A stretch of 64,000 nt of DNA from Trypanosoma brucei (taxonomy: Eukaryota). The stretch is from assembly GCA_000002445.1 (NCBI GenBank), contig CP000070.1, positions 1,152,001 to 1,216,000 on the forward strand, given 5' to 3'. A program made the position numbers and the translations under genes. A model generated the notes under the pieces. It ran no database searches. It was not told where the DNA came from and was given only the letters and a program-made list of their open reading frames with translations. The first letter of the stretch is position 1, and the number at the start of each line of letters is the position of its first letter. Shown one piece after another: positions 9,758 to 20,803 of this stretch.

Positions 9758-11650
9758 TCAGTTAAGTTCATTTTCAACCCGTTTAAGGGTTAAAATAACT
9801 TCCTCAATAGTGTCTTGCTGCAAAGGCATCTTATCCAGCTTGTTCATCATCGCCTCCAGTTCTCCAAGCCTCTCCACTGATATTGAGGGAGGCGCTCGCC
9901 TCGTAAAAGTATCGGAGTCATCACTGCTGCTCGTTGAAGATGAGGAATAATAAGATGACGATGTCGACGAACTGGTCGGCAATGGACTCAACATCTCCGT
10001 AGAGGAGTACTCTTCTAATCTCCTCTTACTTCGTTTGGAATCTTTGCCATTATCCCTGCCGCCCAGCCGACCAGACTTCACTTTCGATATACGACTACCC
10101 CGATCCGCTTTCTCGCGCTTCACCTTTGGTGGCTTCTGCCTTCGTTCATGATCACTCTTTTCCTTTTTTCTCCTGAGATCAGCTTGCCCCACCCGTCTTC
10201 GGCTCTCCTTTTCTTTCTTAAGTGACTTGCGCCCGTGTTTTGCGCGCAGAACCTGGGACGATTTGGACGAGATCGATATTGCTGCCCCTTCCTTTTGACG
10301 GCTACTCACGCGATCAGGTTTCTCCCATACGTCATCTTCATCCAGTATCCCGCCCCCTTCGCCTTCACTACCACCGGACGGACGTGTTTCAGTTTTTGTG
10401 GAGGTGGAGGACACCAGCGAAAGCCGTAGCCGGGGGCGCGGTGGTTTGCCACTGGGGTCCGCATGTGCGGGCACGGGGGCGTCTTTCCCATTCTCCGTTG
10501 ATTGTACCGGTGGTTTCCTGCGCAGTACTAACCTACGTCCGCCGTTATTTACCTGATGGCTAACAGTGTCGTCCGTGCGACTGCCGTTCGCGTCACATAC
10601 AAGCTTCTCATCTGCGCTTTGCACGGCCCCGTCACATGCTGCTTGGTATCGAGAAGGAAATAATGCAGCCAACTCATCAGCAGGAAGCGGCTCCATCGAT
10701 ATACCGTCGCCATTTGCGTCCATCATGCGGCGAAGCACCCCTGTCCCCGTCCCCGTGCGTGGCCCACATCCCACAGTGTCCTGTCCACACAATGTCGAGA
10801 AGAGTTCCTGATCCGCTTCTAACTGCTGTTTTTCATACGTCTCTGCATCTCTTACAGCACGATAGCCGATCTTCACAAGCTTGCGACACTGTGCAGCGAG
10901 GATGCTATCAGACCCATTGTAGTGTTCACAGTTACAGCTCATCAGGGTTAGGAGTGCCTTAAGATCGGCGTAGTCCGCCACAGTAGCATCCCAAACGCTA
11001 CAATAGAGTGTCGAAAGGGACACGGGACGCCTTACCCGCTGGTAATAGTTTGGGGCCTCCAGCTCCGTCACCGGCAGCAAAAAATCTGAACCTCCCGTAC
11101 AACTAAACCGCCACAGTTCATCCACGGCACGGGTCAGACAACACCGCCGGCGCCATGCCCGGCGTTGAGCTTTCATGCCTTCAACTTCACCTAATTTAAT
11201 CAACTCAGCCTCGCGCTCCGCTTCTACCTCAGAGGAGAGAAGCAAAACCTCCTCCATCAGCCGCTGCACACGTATGGATTCATAGTACGCTGTGACGGCA
11301 CCGTCCCGGCGCGTGTCCCCAATTGGCACTCCGTTGGAGAAATTTTCCGAAAGGAAACCATTATTTTCGACTCCACCATTAGCTATGGAACGGCGGTCTT
11401 TCCTCCGTCGTGTGGGTATAACAAAGTGTCTACCTCCGGTTGAAGTGGATGGCACAGTAATCTCCGCCCACTTCCTATCCCGCCACTTACACATCAGGGT
11501 CGACAGAGTCTCAGAAAACTCTTGGGGGTTCTGCACTGTTGAAAGGTGCTGGGCAAACGCCGTGCAAAAGGTATTACTGATGTCAACAGATACAAGGTGC
11601 TGCCACGGTGAACAGGAGGGCGCGCGACGTGCGGAGGTGCCCCCCGACAT
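9758..11650 (-). CDS. Bromodomain-containing protein (bromodomain factor), 630 aa
   Basis: The central segment FLLPVTELEAPNYYQRVRRPVSLSTLYCSVWDATVADYADLKALLTLMSCNCEHYNGSDSILAAQCRKL fits the bromodomain consensus: F..PV, P.YY..I..P..L.T, and the conserved YN acetyl-lysine-anchoring Asn. It is followed by a long Lys/Arg/Ser-rich tail. Confidence 0.7.
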   Translation of the reverse strand: MSGGTSARRAPSCSPWQHLVSVDISNTFCTAFAQHLSTVQNPQEFSETLSTLMCKWRDRKWAEITVPSTSTGGRHFVIPTRRRKDRRSIANGGVENNGFLSENFSNGVPIGDTRRDGAVTAYYESIRVQRLMEEVLLLSSEVEAEREAELIKLGEVEGMKAQRRAWRRRCCLTRAVDELWRFSCTGGSDFLLPVTELEAPNYYQRVRRPVSLSTLYCSVWDATVADYADLKALLTLMSCNCEHYNGSDSILAAQCRKLVKIGYRAVRDAETYEKQQLEADQELFSTLCGQDTVGCGPRTGTGTGVLRRMMDANGDGISMEPLPADELAALFPSRYQAACDGAVQSADEKLVCDANGSRTDDTVSHQVNNGGRRLVLRRKPPVQSTENGKDAPVPAHADPSGKPPRPRLRLSLVSSTSTKTETRPSGGSEGEGGGILDEDDVWEKPDRVSSRQKEGAAISISSKSSQVLRAKHGRKSLKKEKESRRRVGQADLRRKKEKSDHERRQKPPKVKREKADRGSRISKVKSGRLGGRDNGKDSKRSKRRLEEYSSTEMLSPLPTSSSTSSSYYSSSSTSSSDDSDTFTRRAPPSISVERLGELEAMMNKLDKMPLQQDTIEEVILTLKRVENELN

Positions 11651-11730
11651 TGTGGAGGGACAACGAAGAGACCTTTATAGAGCAAAATAAACGGTTAAAC
11701 AAACACAAAGAGCGGGAAAGAAGGCACATA

Positions 11731-12210
11731 ACCTAGTAAAGGCAAGGAAGAAAAACCATTTCAAAAACGTTTTGGTTAATTGACTAACCTCTGAAAAAAT
11801 GTTCACGTACGGTCCATTAATAAGAAAGTTACCTTACCTAACCAACTCTCCCCCATGGCAACGAAGCACACACACGACTCCATGGGGGCACTAGGTTTCA
11901 ATAAATCACGATAAGAAACTAACAACCTCTCGAACAAAATAAAAAATAAAATACGAAACCGCTCACACAACCCAGTAAAGTAAGTAAGGAAAGATCATCC
12001 CACAAACGTTTTGTTAAAATGATGCCGCCGTTTTCGTCTTGGTTAATTGACTAACCGCTGAAAAAAATGTTCGTGTCCAGCTCGCTAATAAGGGAGTCAC
12101 GTCATCTAACCAACTCCCCCATGAAGTTGTATGTGCTTCACCTCCATGGGGGAAGTTGGTGTCAACAAATCACAATACGATAAGAAACTAACAACTTCTC
12201 AAACGCAGAA
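11731..12210. repeat. Degenerate tandem duplication of a roughly 240-bp intergenic element (copy A about 11731-11940, copy B about 11969-12210); each copy contains a conserved inverted repeat
   Basis: Blocks shared by the two copies include cc[tc]agtaaag, ccat(tt)caaaaacgttttg, cttggttaattgactaacc[tg]ctgaaaaaatgttc, aaccaactc(t)cccccatg...ccatggggg and caataaatcac(a)atacgataagaaactaacaac[ct]tctc. Inverted-repeat arms are at 11850-11858/11880-11888 and 12110-12123/12145-12159. Confidence 0.6.
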
Positions 12211-12230
12211 TTTCAAACTCTGATATTGTA

Positions 12231-14258
12231 TCAGCAAGAGCCCTCACTGGTGCAAACGACAAAACCAGTTACCTCCTTCCTCAGAAGAGACACATCCCGT
12301 GTTGCTACACGCGGTTTGAGAGAGCCGGATCGTGCTTCCACAGTAGCGAGTACCGCGCGCAGGCTCGGATGCACTGCTTCACCAGGGCATAGTGCGAGCA
12401 CCTTCTCATAGAGATACTTGCAACTCTCTGCTGGGTCAGTTACAGACTCAACACCTTCAGCTCCAACCGCGTCCTCACCGAGAATAGCATGAAGCACCGC
12501 CGCAGGAAACTTTGCCCAGTGCGCAGTGCTGGCGATCACGAGGGGTCGTCGGGTCTCTGGATGCTCCCGTCGGTACTCCGTAGCCGCATGGAGGGCGACA
12601 GCGGTGTGCGGGTCCAACAGTTTACCGGTCGCGTCAAATATTTTCTTTATAGCCGCAGCGCAATTGGACTCATTACATTTGCTTGACCAAAACGTTTCCT
12701 GCATTCTCTGCAGAACCTTGCCGCAAACCTCAAACCTCTTTTCAAACTCAAGTCGTCCCATCTGCTCGGAAACATACTTCGAATCACCGTCAGAGAGTAT
12801 AAAGAGAAACCGCTCCACATTTGACGCCTTCAATATATCAATTGAAGGAGAAGCGGTAGGTACCAAATGACGGTGGCTGATATCGTAGCAGCCAGTACTT
12901 ACAAACTCGTAGAGAACGTCGTTGGTGTTGCTGGCGACGATGAGTTTGCCGACGGGGAGTCCCATGAGCTTCGCCACGTACGCGGCGAGAATGTTGCCGA
13001 AGTTTCCACTCGGCACGACAAAGTCCACCTTGTCGCCAAATGCAAGGGCCCCTGTAACCTTGTCCCCATTCTGCTGTATACACTTTCGGTATGCCCAGAA
13101 ATAATATACAACCTGAGGAATCAGTCGGCCCCAGTTGATGCTGTTGGCGGAGGAGAGGCGCACGCCAGCGTCATTAACCAATTCCCTCTCCAGCTTTTCG
13201 TCGGCAAACAACTTCTTTACGCTTTGCTGACAAAAATCAAAGTCTGATTCAACACCAATGACGCGAACAGTGGTACCGTTGTCATACGAAATCATATGCA
13301 TCTTCTGCACTGGAGACACGCCTCGGAGGGGGTAAAACACCATAACACGACAAGGACTCTTCGCGTTAACAAATCCGCTGATAGCTGCGACCCCAGTGTC
13401 CCCCGAAGTGGCTGTTAGAATCATGTATTGCAGAGGTTTGCCGGCGGCTGTGCTGGAACTCACAACCTCTCCACCTCCACACCCATTGTTGTCACCGCCC
13501 TTCTGGTTCGCGACAGCCGCCACCGCCGTGTCAAAGTAGCGCGGAAACAACTGCAGTGCGAAGTCTTTGAATGCCCCTGTCGGCCCGTGATACAACTCAA
13601 GCAGATACATGTTATGCCAATCCGAGTGGTTCTCCGGCACATCCGCCACCGACGTGGCACGCGGATGTATGGGTGTAAGAGGGCACACATCCTTCAACCC
13701 GTTCCACCGTGAGGGATCGTATGCCTCCAAGATGTGCTTGGAAAGGATGTGCGGTTTCAAGCTCATGTCTGTCAGCCGCTCCAACAGGGACCGTGCCGCC
13801 TCCACGTAACTGAGGTTGGGGGCAGTGCAGAGGTACTTGAGCTGTGAAGCCGTTACCTGTGGAATCTTGCGCAGAGTGAAGAGCCCCCCGTCGGACGCCA
13901 GACCGTCACGAATGACACTGAGAAACGATACAGAAGGCTCGACAGCCCCCCGAGTCGACGAGAACTGCCGGTGGCTGACCAACGACGTCACCTCCGTGAT
14001 GACCTCTTCCACCGTGCTATCCTCACCCCACACAAATCGGCAGTCGTATATTTCCTCTTCTTCTCCAGGAGACTGTCGCTTCATGTACAACCCGGCAGCC
14101 GTTTGGTCGATACAGAGACGAAATACGTCGGAGGGTTCCCCCTTTTCACCATCACGAGGGTATGTGAACAACTGTGGACCCGTTACACTTAGCAGACCAT
14201 CAACCACGCGCTCCTTCACCTCCACTGAGGCTGTGCCACATACGCGTAAGGTGAGCAT
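12231..14258 (-). CDS. Threonine synthase (PLP-dependent, long eukaryotic/fungal-type form), 675 aa
   Basis: Carries the PLP-lysine motif GPTGAFKDFALQ and a glycine-rich loop with downstream tryptophan-synthase-beta-like fold signatures (SGNFGNILAAY). The overall length matches the long threonine synthase family. Confidence 0.8.
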   Translation of the reverse strand: MLTLRVCGTASVEVKERVVDGLLSVTGPQLFTYPRDGEKGEPSDVFRLCIDQTAAGLYMKRQSPGEEEEIYDCRFVWGEDSTVEEVITEVTSLVSHRQFSSTRGAVEPSVSFLSVIRDGLASDGGLFTLRKIPQVTASQLKYLCTAPNLSYVEAARSLLERLTDMSLKPHILSKHILEAYDPSRWNGLKDVCPLTPIHPRATSVADVPENHSDWHNMYLLELYHGPTGAFKDFALQLFPRYFDTAVAAVANQKGGDNNGCGGGEVVSSSTAAGKPLQYMILTATSGDTGVAAISGFVNAKSPCRVMVFYPLRGVSPVQKMHMISYDNGTTVRVIGVESDFDFCQQSVKKLFADEKLERELVNDAGVRLSSANSINWGRLIPQVVYYFWAYRKCIQQNGDKVTGALAFGDKVDFVVPSGNFGNILAAYVAKLMGLPVGKLIVASNTNDVLYEFVSTGCYDISHRHLVPTASPSIDILKASNVERFLFILSDGDSKYVSEQMGRLEFEKRFEVCGKVLQRMQETFWSSKCNESNCAAAIKKIFDATGKLLDPHTAVALHAATEYRREHPETRRPLVIASTAHWAKFPAAVLHAILGEDAVGAEGVESVTDPAESCKYLYEKVLALCPGEAVHPSLRAVLATVEARSGSLKPRVATRDVSLLRKEVTGFVVCTSEGSC

Positions 14259-16212
14259 TGTCTTTTTTATGTATTGTCTTGGAGCTTTGGTAACTACAAT
14301 GTAATGGGTGAGAAAGGAGAGTCAGCAAAGGTGGCGGCCAAGTCGGGAATGCCCCCGACATCTTGAGAACTCGGCTACGTGCCGTGTAATGGAAGTCCAT
14401 GAAAAGAAAATATATGCTACCGTTAATACTGTAAAAACATCGTGTGTGGAAAGCCGTTGCTGGATGCCCCGTTGCAGCCGCGCCATAGAAGCGAAGGCAT
14501 TAATTGGAGAGGGGAGGAGGGGGAAAGACATCACATTGCGCTGTCTCCGTTGCGAGTAACCAGGGAGGGAGAGCGCATCAAGCCAATGAAGGTCAAACCT
14601 TTCAATCTAGCGACAACAGAAGACCTGAAGATTGAGCCGTCCTGTTGTGCCTCGCAGGAAAAACACAGCCGTACATAAACACAAGCATTTATCTACTCGC
14701 CTTTCCCTCCTCCCCACTTCCATCTGCACAACAGCTCGGAAGACTCTCACGTCACACCACCTTCCACACACACGCACAAAAACACACCACCCCCTAAAGC
14801 ATCCCGCAATCACGGGGACGGAACAATAAACCCCACCAACCCGCCGCGGTTTAGTGAACTAACGGCTACCAACGTTCAGAAACAGATACAAGGTAATGAA
14901 GAAGCCGGTAGTCACCATGTTTATGTGCATCTTTCACACTTGTTGATGAGTACTGCACAAAGCACCACTGGGAGTTTTCCTCTAATCGCATGAATCAACG
15001 AATAAGTAGACGCGGGGCGTTTGTATGTGAGAAACCAATGAAAACACAGACGTAAGTAATATATAAATATATAGAAGGGTACACACACAGGACAACAGGT
15101 GAGGGAACTGGGGCATCGAGGTAAACAAGAGTGCGACGAAACGTGAAGTGAAACGGAAAAAGTAACGCGGTACCTTCCTTTTCACACTATTCGCTGATCC
15201 TCCTGTAACTGACATTTGCTAACGCCTCGATAAGCCTCCACTGGCCTCGTCTCCTAAAGTCAAAAAAAAAAGGAGGAAGGGAATCGCAGCAACTGCTGGA
15301 GCCAGTACACCACGTGATCACCCGATCAATTTCTCTAGCAATCGAAACGGATGAAAAGGAATCCCCTGAAACGTAAATTAGACGAAACACAAACGAACCC
15401 GCTGAAGCGATGGGGGGATTAAAGACTCAACACAGCGGCTACCAAAGTGTTGGAATCAAAAGTAATTTTTTTTAAAAAAAAGGACAACGAATGAAAAACT
15501 AAAAGAAGGGAAGCACACGAAAAAAAGAAGAGGCATCACCAAAACGCCCCCACTCCGAAAAAGTCACAAGGTGCACGCAAACAATCACACTTCCTGAATA
15601 AGCATCCTTTTAAGGGGAGGAGAAAAGGAAAAAACAAAAAAAACAACACTGGTAATAAAGAGGGGAAAAGTCGCATGAAAGCAAATCCCCTTGTCGGAAG
15701 AGGGCGAAACGACGAAAAAGGTCTGCGATGTGCATATAGTTGACTTTACACACAGAAACACATACGTAGTATACCGCAAAGGACATCAGGATAGCGGCGA
15801 TAATTTTTTTTAAACGCGTATACATTTTTGTCCCCGTGAATAGATTCCAATTAAACCGTCGGTGATAGGAGAAACTCCTATAACAAGGGGGTTAGCCCTG
15901 GCGTATGACGATGCGCGCGTCCGTCCGTGCGAAGGGCCTTGGCCCGAAAAATTTAGAATGAAGATTTGAAAATGGTAAAAGTAGAGGGAGGAAAGCAAAC
16001 GAGAGATATAATGTTCAGACGCTGCGGCGGCTTATCTATCCTTCCTGATGATGTAGTCCCTCTACAAAAGGGAAGAAATTGGTAGCTGCAGCACAACTTC
16101 CTCAAATCACTAACATAACCCGCTCCCGCACAAAACTCTGCTGCTTATGCTCCATTCATGCGTCCTGAAACGAACGTCCGCGATCATTTGGGAAGACACA
16201 CTGTTGAAGGTA

Positions 16213-18483
16213 TTATGTGAGCATGTCAAGTACAGTTTTCAGGGCCTCAATATATCCCACGTCCTTATCCTGTTCCGCGTCTGCATCGCCACCTCGTAGC
16301 AGCTCCTCACGTTCGTATGTGAAGGCGAAATCAACCATAACAACACGTGCCGACGTCAACGGGTCGTCGGCATCGTACACAAATAACAAGGAAGAGGTAA
16401 AGAAACGGTACACATGATCCTGAAAGAATGCACGGCGAAGTCTCATGATCTGCCGTTTGAAAACTTGTTGAATGCGACTACTGCGTTGCATGAAACGGTA
16501 AATCGTGTCCCGAAGCCCATCCAATGACAAGAGACGCCCAGCAAGCTTAGAGCGCGTTTCATATCGCTGCTTGTCGGGACACCACCGCCGCATCCCTGCA
16601 AGCCGAACTCCGTAAAGTTTGGTTGTTGTCTGCGCCGCTTTGTGCTCCTTACTTCGTAACTTAGCTTCTGGCGGGTTAAGACCGTACTGCCGCTTGCCCA
16701 TCTTTAAATCAAGAACGCACGGATGTTGAAAACCGCTACATATGTCTTCGAGCACAATCATCTGTCTGAGCCCAACACCGGCAATCTTTTCGCCCTCTCC
16801 CGAGCGGTTTTCGGTAGTTTCACGGGGCGCGCTACTGGTTAATGCGCATTCCTGGGCGCTCTCTACCGCTTCAGCGCGTACGGAATCAACATCACCGGTA
16901 GGATTGACCCTCACATGATATAGGCCGTGGTACCGTGGTACAAATGGCGCTAACCTCACCAGGAACTCCCAATTCTTCACATCACGGGAGAAGAGGTGAC
17001 CCTCTGTACTCGAAGACATATCGTGAGAAATGGGAAATCCGCCTTCGCCACCAACAGCCTCCTCGCCATTGCCCTCCCCGATGTCCTCTGCACAATCGCC
17101 GGCAACTCCATACGTTCCTGACGCACCGTGCCCACCAGCTTTCCAGTCACGAGGGGGTCCCACTAACGTATTGCTCGAATCGGGGTCGCCGTCATCGCCG
17201 GAAGCATCGCACTCCGCTACAAACTCATCCTCACAGACACCAGGGGTGAGTGGTGCCTTTGTGTCCTCCTCTGTCGTAGCATTCCCCTCCACAACAACCT
17301 TGTCATCTACATCCCCCATTTTGTCCCTACAATATGCCGCTTCCTCTGAGGCGTACAGGGCAGCAAAGAAAACTGCATATCGCTCAACGTACTCCTGCAC
17401 TGGCTTCAACATTTCGTAAAAACTCTCCTCACGACGGGAGCAACTTTCCTTCATGAACACACCGTTGTGCTGAAACGCCAGATGATGACCGCCGATAGAT
17501 GAGTGACCGCCACTTAAAGTAGCTGTGAATCCCTCAGCTGGTGAGACGGAGGTTTGGCTACCACCGCCCGTGCCGAACAGACCCGTTGCCCTCGCCGTAG
17601 AGAAACCATTTGCCACCCGGCGTCGGCGCTGTAATAAGTTGATACAGCGGCCTCCTTCCCCTGGCACCCGACCCAACACTCTACTGGCTACTGTGGAGTT
17701 TCCACTAATTCTACAACTGCAATGTTCCGTCTCCGCTTCATCGGAGGGTGTAAACCCTGAGTGGGCATCGTTGTAAGAAGACCGGCTCATGCTGCCATCA
17801 CGTGGAAGAGGGTGGTTATCGGCAGATTGCTCTGCATGTGCCGGTCTTCTTGCGGTCACAGGAGATTGCGTCACGCTGCAAGATTCTCTTTCTCCATCTA
17901 AGCTCGGCCAGTGAACGTCGTCCATCCAACGCCACACGGGAGTTTCCGTCGGTGCATTATTTTCGTCATTGTCACTGCAAGCCGAACACTGGGTACTACC
18001 GGAGACTCTGCGCTTACCGATTGTATCATTCGTGCGTGAAAGCTCCCTCTGAACATTACTACTACTCGTACTCTCGACTATGCTTCTTATTTTGTCGATA
18101 TGGCGACCACTACCAGGACCCCCTCCACCCTCCGCTGTAGGGAAGCCAACTAGCGCGTTACTGTTGTCGCATGCATCGGTATGTAAATCACTACTTCCAT
18201 TTCCAACACCACTAGTTCTGCGTTCCCACATTGGAACGGTGGTAAAACTGTGGTTCCCATCACTGTGCTTCTGAGCGGGAGTAAGCTCTGCAGAGCTCCT
18301 GTAACCGTCAGCGTCATCGGTGCTTCCCTTCGCCTTCTCTAAATGTGAGGCCCGTGCATTTTCCGTCGCTTTTCTAGACACCGACCTGCATTCATTTGAC
18401 TCGGGGAGATCTAATATTGCCACTACCGATGGCCGTACGGAGCTCCTTAATGAGTTTCTACGTAAATTCTCCTCTTCCCCCAT
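16213..18483 (-). CDS. Inositol polyphosphate kinase family protein (IP6K/IPMK-like), 756 aa, with a long low-complexity N-terminal extension
   Basis: The C-terminal region has the family-defining inositol-phosphate-binding motif PCVLDLKMGKRQYG (PxxxDxKxG), the SSLLFVYD (SSLL) motif and an acidic ATP-site residue in VMVDFAF. Confidence 0.7.
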   Translation of the reverse strand: MGEEENLRRNSLRSSVRPSVVAILDLPESNECRSVSRKATENARASHLEKAKGSTDDADGYRSSAELTPAQKHSDGNHSFTTVPMWERRTSGVGNGSSDLHTDACDNSNALVGFPTAEGGGGPGSGRHIDKIRSIVESTSSSNVQRELSRTNDTIGKRRVSGSTQCSACSDNDENNAPTETPVWRWMDDVHWPSLDGERESCSVTQSPVTARRPAHAEQSADNHPLPRDGSMSRSSYNDAHSGFTPSDEAETEHCSCRISGNSTVASRVLGRVPGEGGRCINLLQRRRRVANGFSTARATGLFGTGGGSQTSVSPAEGFTATLSGGHSSIGGHHLAFQHNGVFMKESCSRREESFYEMLKPVQEYVERYAVFFAALYASEEAAYCRDKMGDVDDKVVVEGNATTEEDTKAPLTPGVCEDEFVAECDASGDDGDPDSSNTLVGPPRDWKAGGHGASGTYGVAGDCAEDIGEGNGEEAVGGEGGFPISHDMSSSTEGHLFSRDVKNWEFLVRLAPFVPRYHGLYHVRVNPTGDVDSVRAEAVESAQECALTSSAPRETTENRSGEGEKIAGVGLRQMIVLEDICSGFQHPCVLDLKMGKRQYGLNPPEAKLRSKEHKAAQTTTKLYGVRLAGMRRWCPDKQRYETRSKLAGRLLSLDGLRDTIYRFMQRSSRIQQVFKRQIMRLRRAFFQDHVYRFFTSSLLFVYDADDPLTSARVVMVDFAFTYEREELLRGGDADAEQDKDVGYIEALKTVLDMLT

Positions 18484-18535
18484 GAATTCGGTACCACTTA
18501 GTTATACAGGGGTTGCACTAAAGTCACCCCTCCCC

Positions 18536-18536
<1 letters not shown>

Positions 18537-18576
<40 letters not shown>
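18537..18576. repeat. (AC)20 dinucleotide microsatellite in an intergenic region
   Basis: Direct reading: 40 bp of perfect 'ac' repeats. Confidence 0.95.
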
Positions 18577-18578
<2 letters not shown>

Positions 18579-20803
18579 ACAAGGGTACACGCGTACCAAA
18601 TACCAAACAGAGTTTTGTTCTCCCCTCCTGTTTTTGCTGTTACAAGGAGGAGATAACCTTTAAAAAAAAAAACTTCATCAACAATTGGAGAAACAGAACG
18701 GCATATGTGAAAAAGTGAATAAACGAGCAAGCAATGGTTGAATTTCAGGTTGTTAGGATAGCATCATCTCATTATAAATTTTACCGATAACAGTAAATGA
18801 GAAGGGTTAACACAGTCGCAAAACTGCGTTCATTAAACACGTCGCAAAAAGGGAGAGAAACACAAACAAAGAATGATTACAGAACAAAACAAAAAAACTA
18901 CACCCATCCCCCTCCCTCTCCCAACCGTCTTTCCACCCATCCACCCCCCCCCCCCAAACACAAACACACGCACCTCTTAAGTTCATGTCCGGCCATATTT
19001 CCTTTACATGAGAATCAACAAGTACATTGCTTTTTAATAAGTAGAGTGAATAATCAGAAGTTCCACTTGTCCACCACCGATTGGTTGCGTATAAATATCA
19101 TGAGGGACTGAGTAATGATAGCATAATTGTGTCTTTTTTTTTTCTTTCCTTTTTTTTTGCTTTTAATGAGGCCCCACATGCAAGACAAAACCTCAGTGAT
19201 ACACTTTCTGTTGATTCGCCGCTCGCTCCGCAAAATCAAACAAAAAAGTTACTCGTGTCTCCTTGAGCAGCGCTGAAGCAAAACGTTTCTTTCTGTACAT
19301 TTTCAAACACCGTACTTTTAAATTATGTATCAAGGAGGTTGAAATTTAGGAGAGGGACGGAGGGAGAATTAAACAAAAAAAAGTATGGATGAAAACCGCT
19401 AGGGGTCGGGGCGACAGAAACCGATTGCTGGTTTCAAAAGCAGTTCAGAAAGACATATTGAGAATGGAGAGGAAAACAAAAGTAGAGGGAAATAGGAGAG
19501 AGAGAGAGAGAAAGAAAAAAACGTGTATCAAATATTGGGTGGGGTAGGCACATACAATACACTTCTTTTTTTATCTTTCTCTTTTACAGTGAGAGCAAAT
19601 ACCACTCACTGTATTGATTTTGTGCGCTTGGATGTTACATGAGAGTCTCCTAAACAAAAAGGGAAGCGCAATACCAAAAAGTAAGTAACAAATGGATAAC
19701 ACAACTTCAAATATAGGACAATAATGATAAAATAGAAAAAGAAGAAAAGAAAAGATACATGTCATGTTCGTAAGAAAATGGTACATTTACTGTCTCCTCA
19801 CAGCGCCTCACCAACAAATATATAAATATATAAATATATTTTGTATTTTCAAGAGAAAAAAATTGTTTCACTCTTTCCCTATTCGGCCACTCGGAGACCT
19901 ACTGTTGGTACTACCTCACGGCAGAAGTGTTGAACAAACCACAACTGAAGTGAGGGACAAAGAGAAAGTATAACAATACAAAGGAGATTCAACAAATCGA
20001 GGATATTTGTGGTTCGACTGCTTAATTGGGCGCCACCCCTCCACTTATGGTGGAAATGAAGCATACTCTTGTGTGCAAGCTCGTGTTCGTAATATAGTCA
20101 TCCGTTTTTATTTCTTTTCTTTACCCTCGTTTCTCCCTTAACACCATTTTATTTAATTTGGTGTTGTTGCCTTTGCTTTGACCCTCTTACTTGAGAAGTG
20201 CACTTGACTCCTCTTTCACACCATCACCTCCACAACTTGCTCACAGTTTTCTTTCTTTCCACTCTTAAAATAAATGCACACACACACACATATGCTTATA
20301 CACCAGAAAATAAAAAGGGGAAGAGAGACACCCCCATTTGCTCAATGTGTGACGAGACGTCTTTACATTTAAGTTTCTCTTTTCATATTTGTCAAAAACA
20401 AAAGCGAAAACAAAAACTTTCTTTTCTCTTTTCCGCAAGTGCACAATCATGGTGGGGCCCCCAACTCAATAGCAACCGGTGGATGAAAAATGCCAGTTGT
20501 AAAAAAAAAAAATGATGTGACAAGCAGTGGCGAATGTTGTGGCCAGAAGGGAACAAAAACAAAACAACAAAAAAAAGGGAAAGCAACTCACACACACACA
20601 AGAAAGAGGAAAAGAGAGTGCCACTCAGCACGTTCAAACGCAGAACCAACGCAACTGCTAACTACACACACCTACACACATTTAAAACAAACAAAACATA
20701 CAAACAGGGAGTAAGGTGACCACAGGTAATTTTTGTATTTTCTTCCTTTTTCTTTCCCCTTATACACAGGAATTGAAAAAAAAAATGTGGCAACGGTGGA
20801 TGC

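Noticed and set aside
16041-16168. C/D-box-like TGATGA...CTGA pair
   Set aside because: It is on the plus strand, opposite to the transcription unit, its spacing is long (about 125 nt), and it lies within the presumed 3' UTR. It is kept only as a low-priority note under the spacer finding.
20005-20040. tRNA T-loop-like string gtggttcgactgc
   Set aside because: It has no complementary T-stem, acceptor stem or anticodon arm around it. I found no convincing cloverleaf anywhere in the window.
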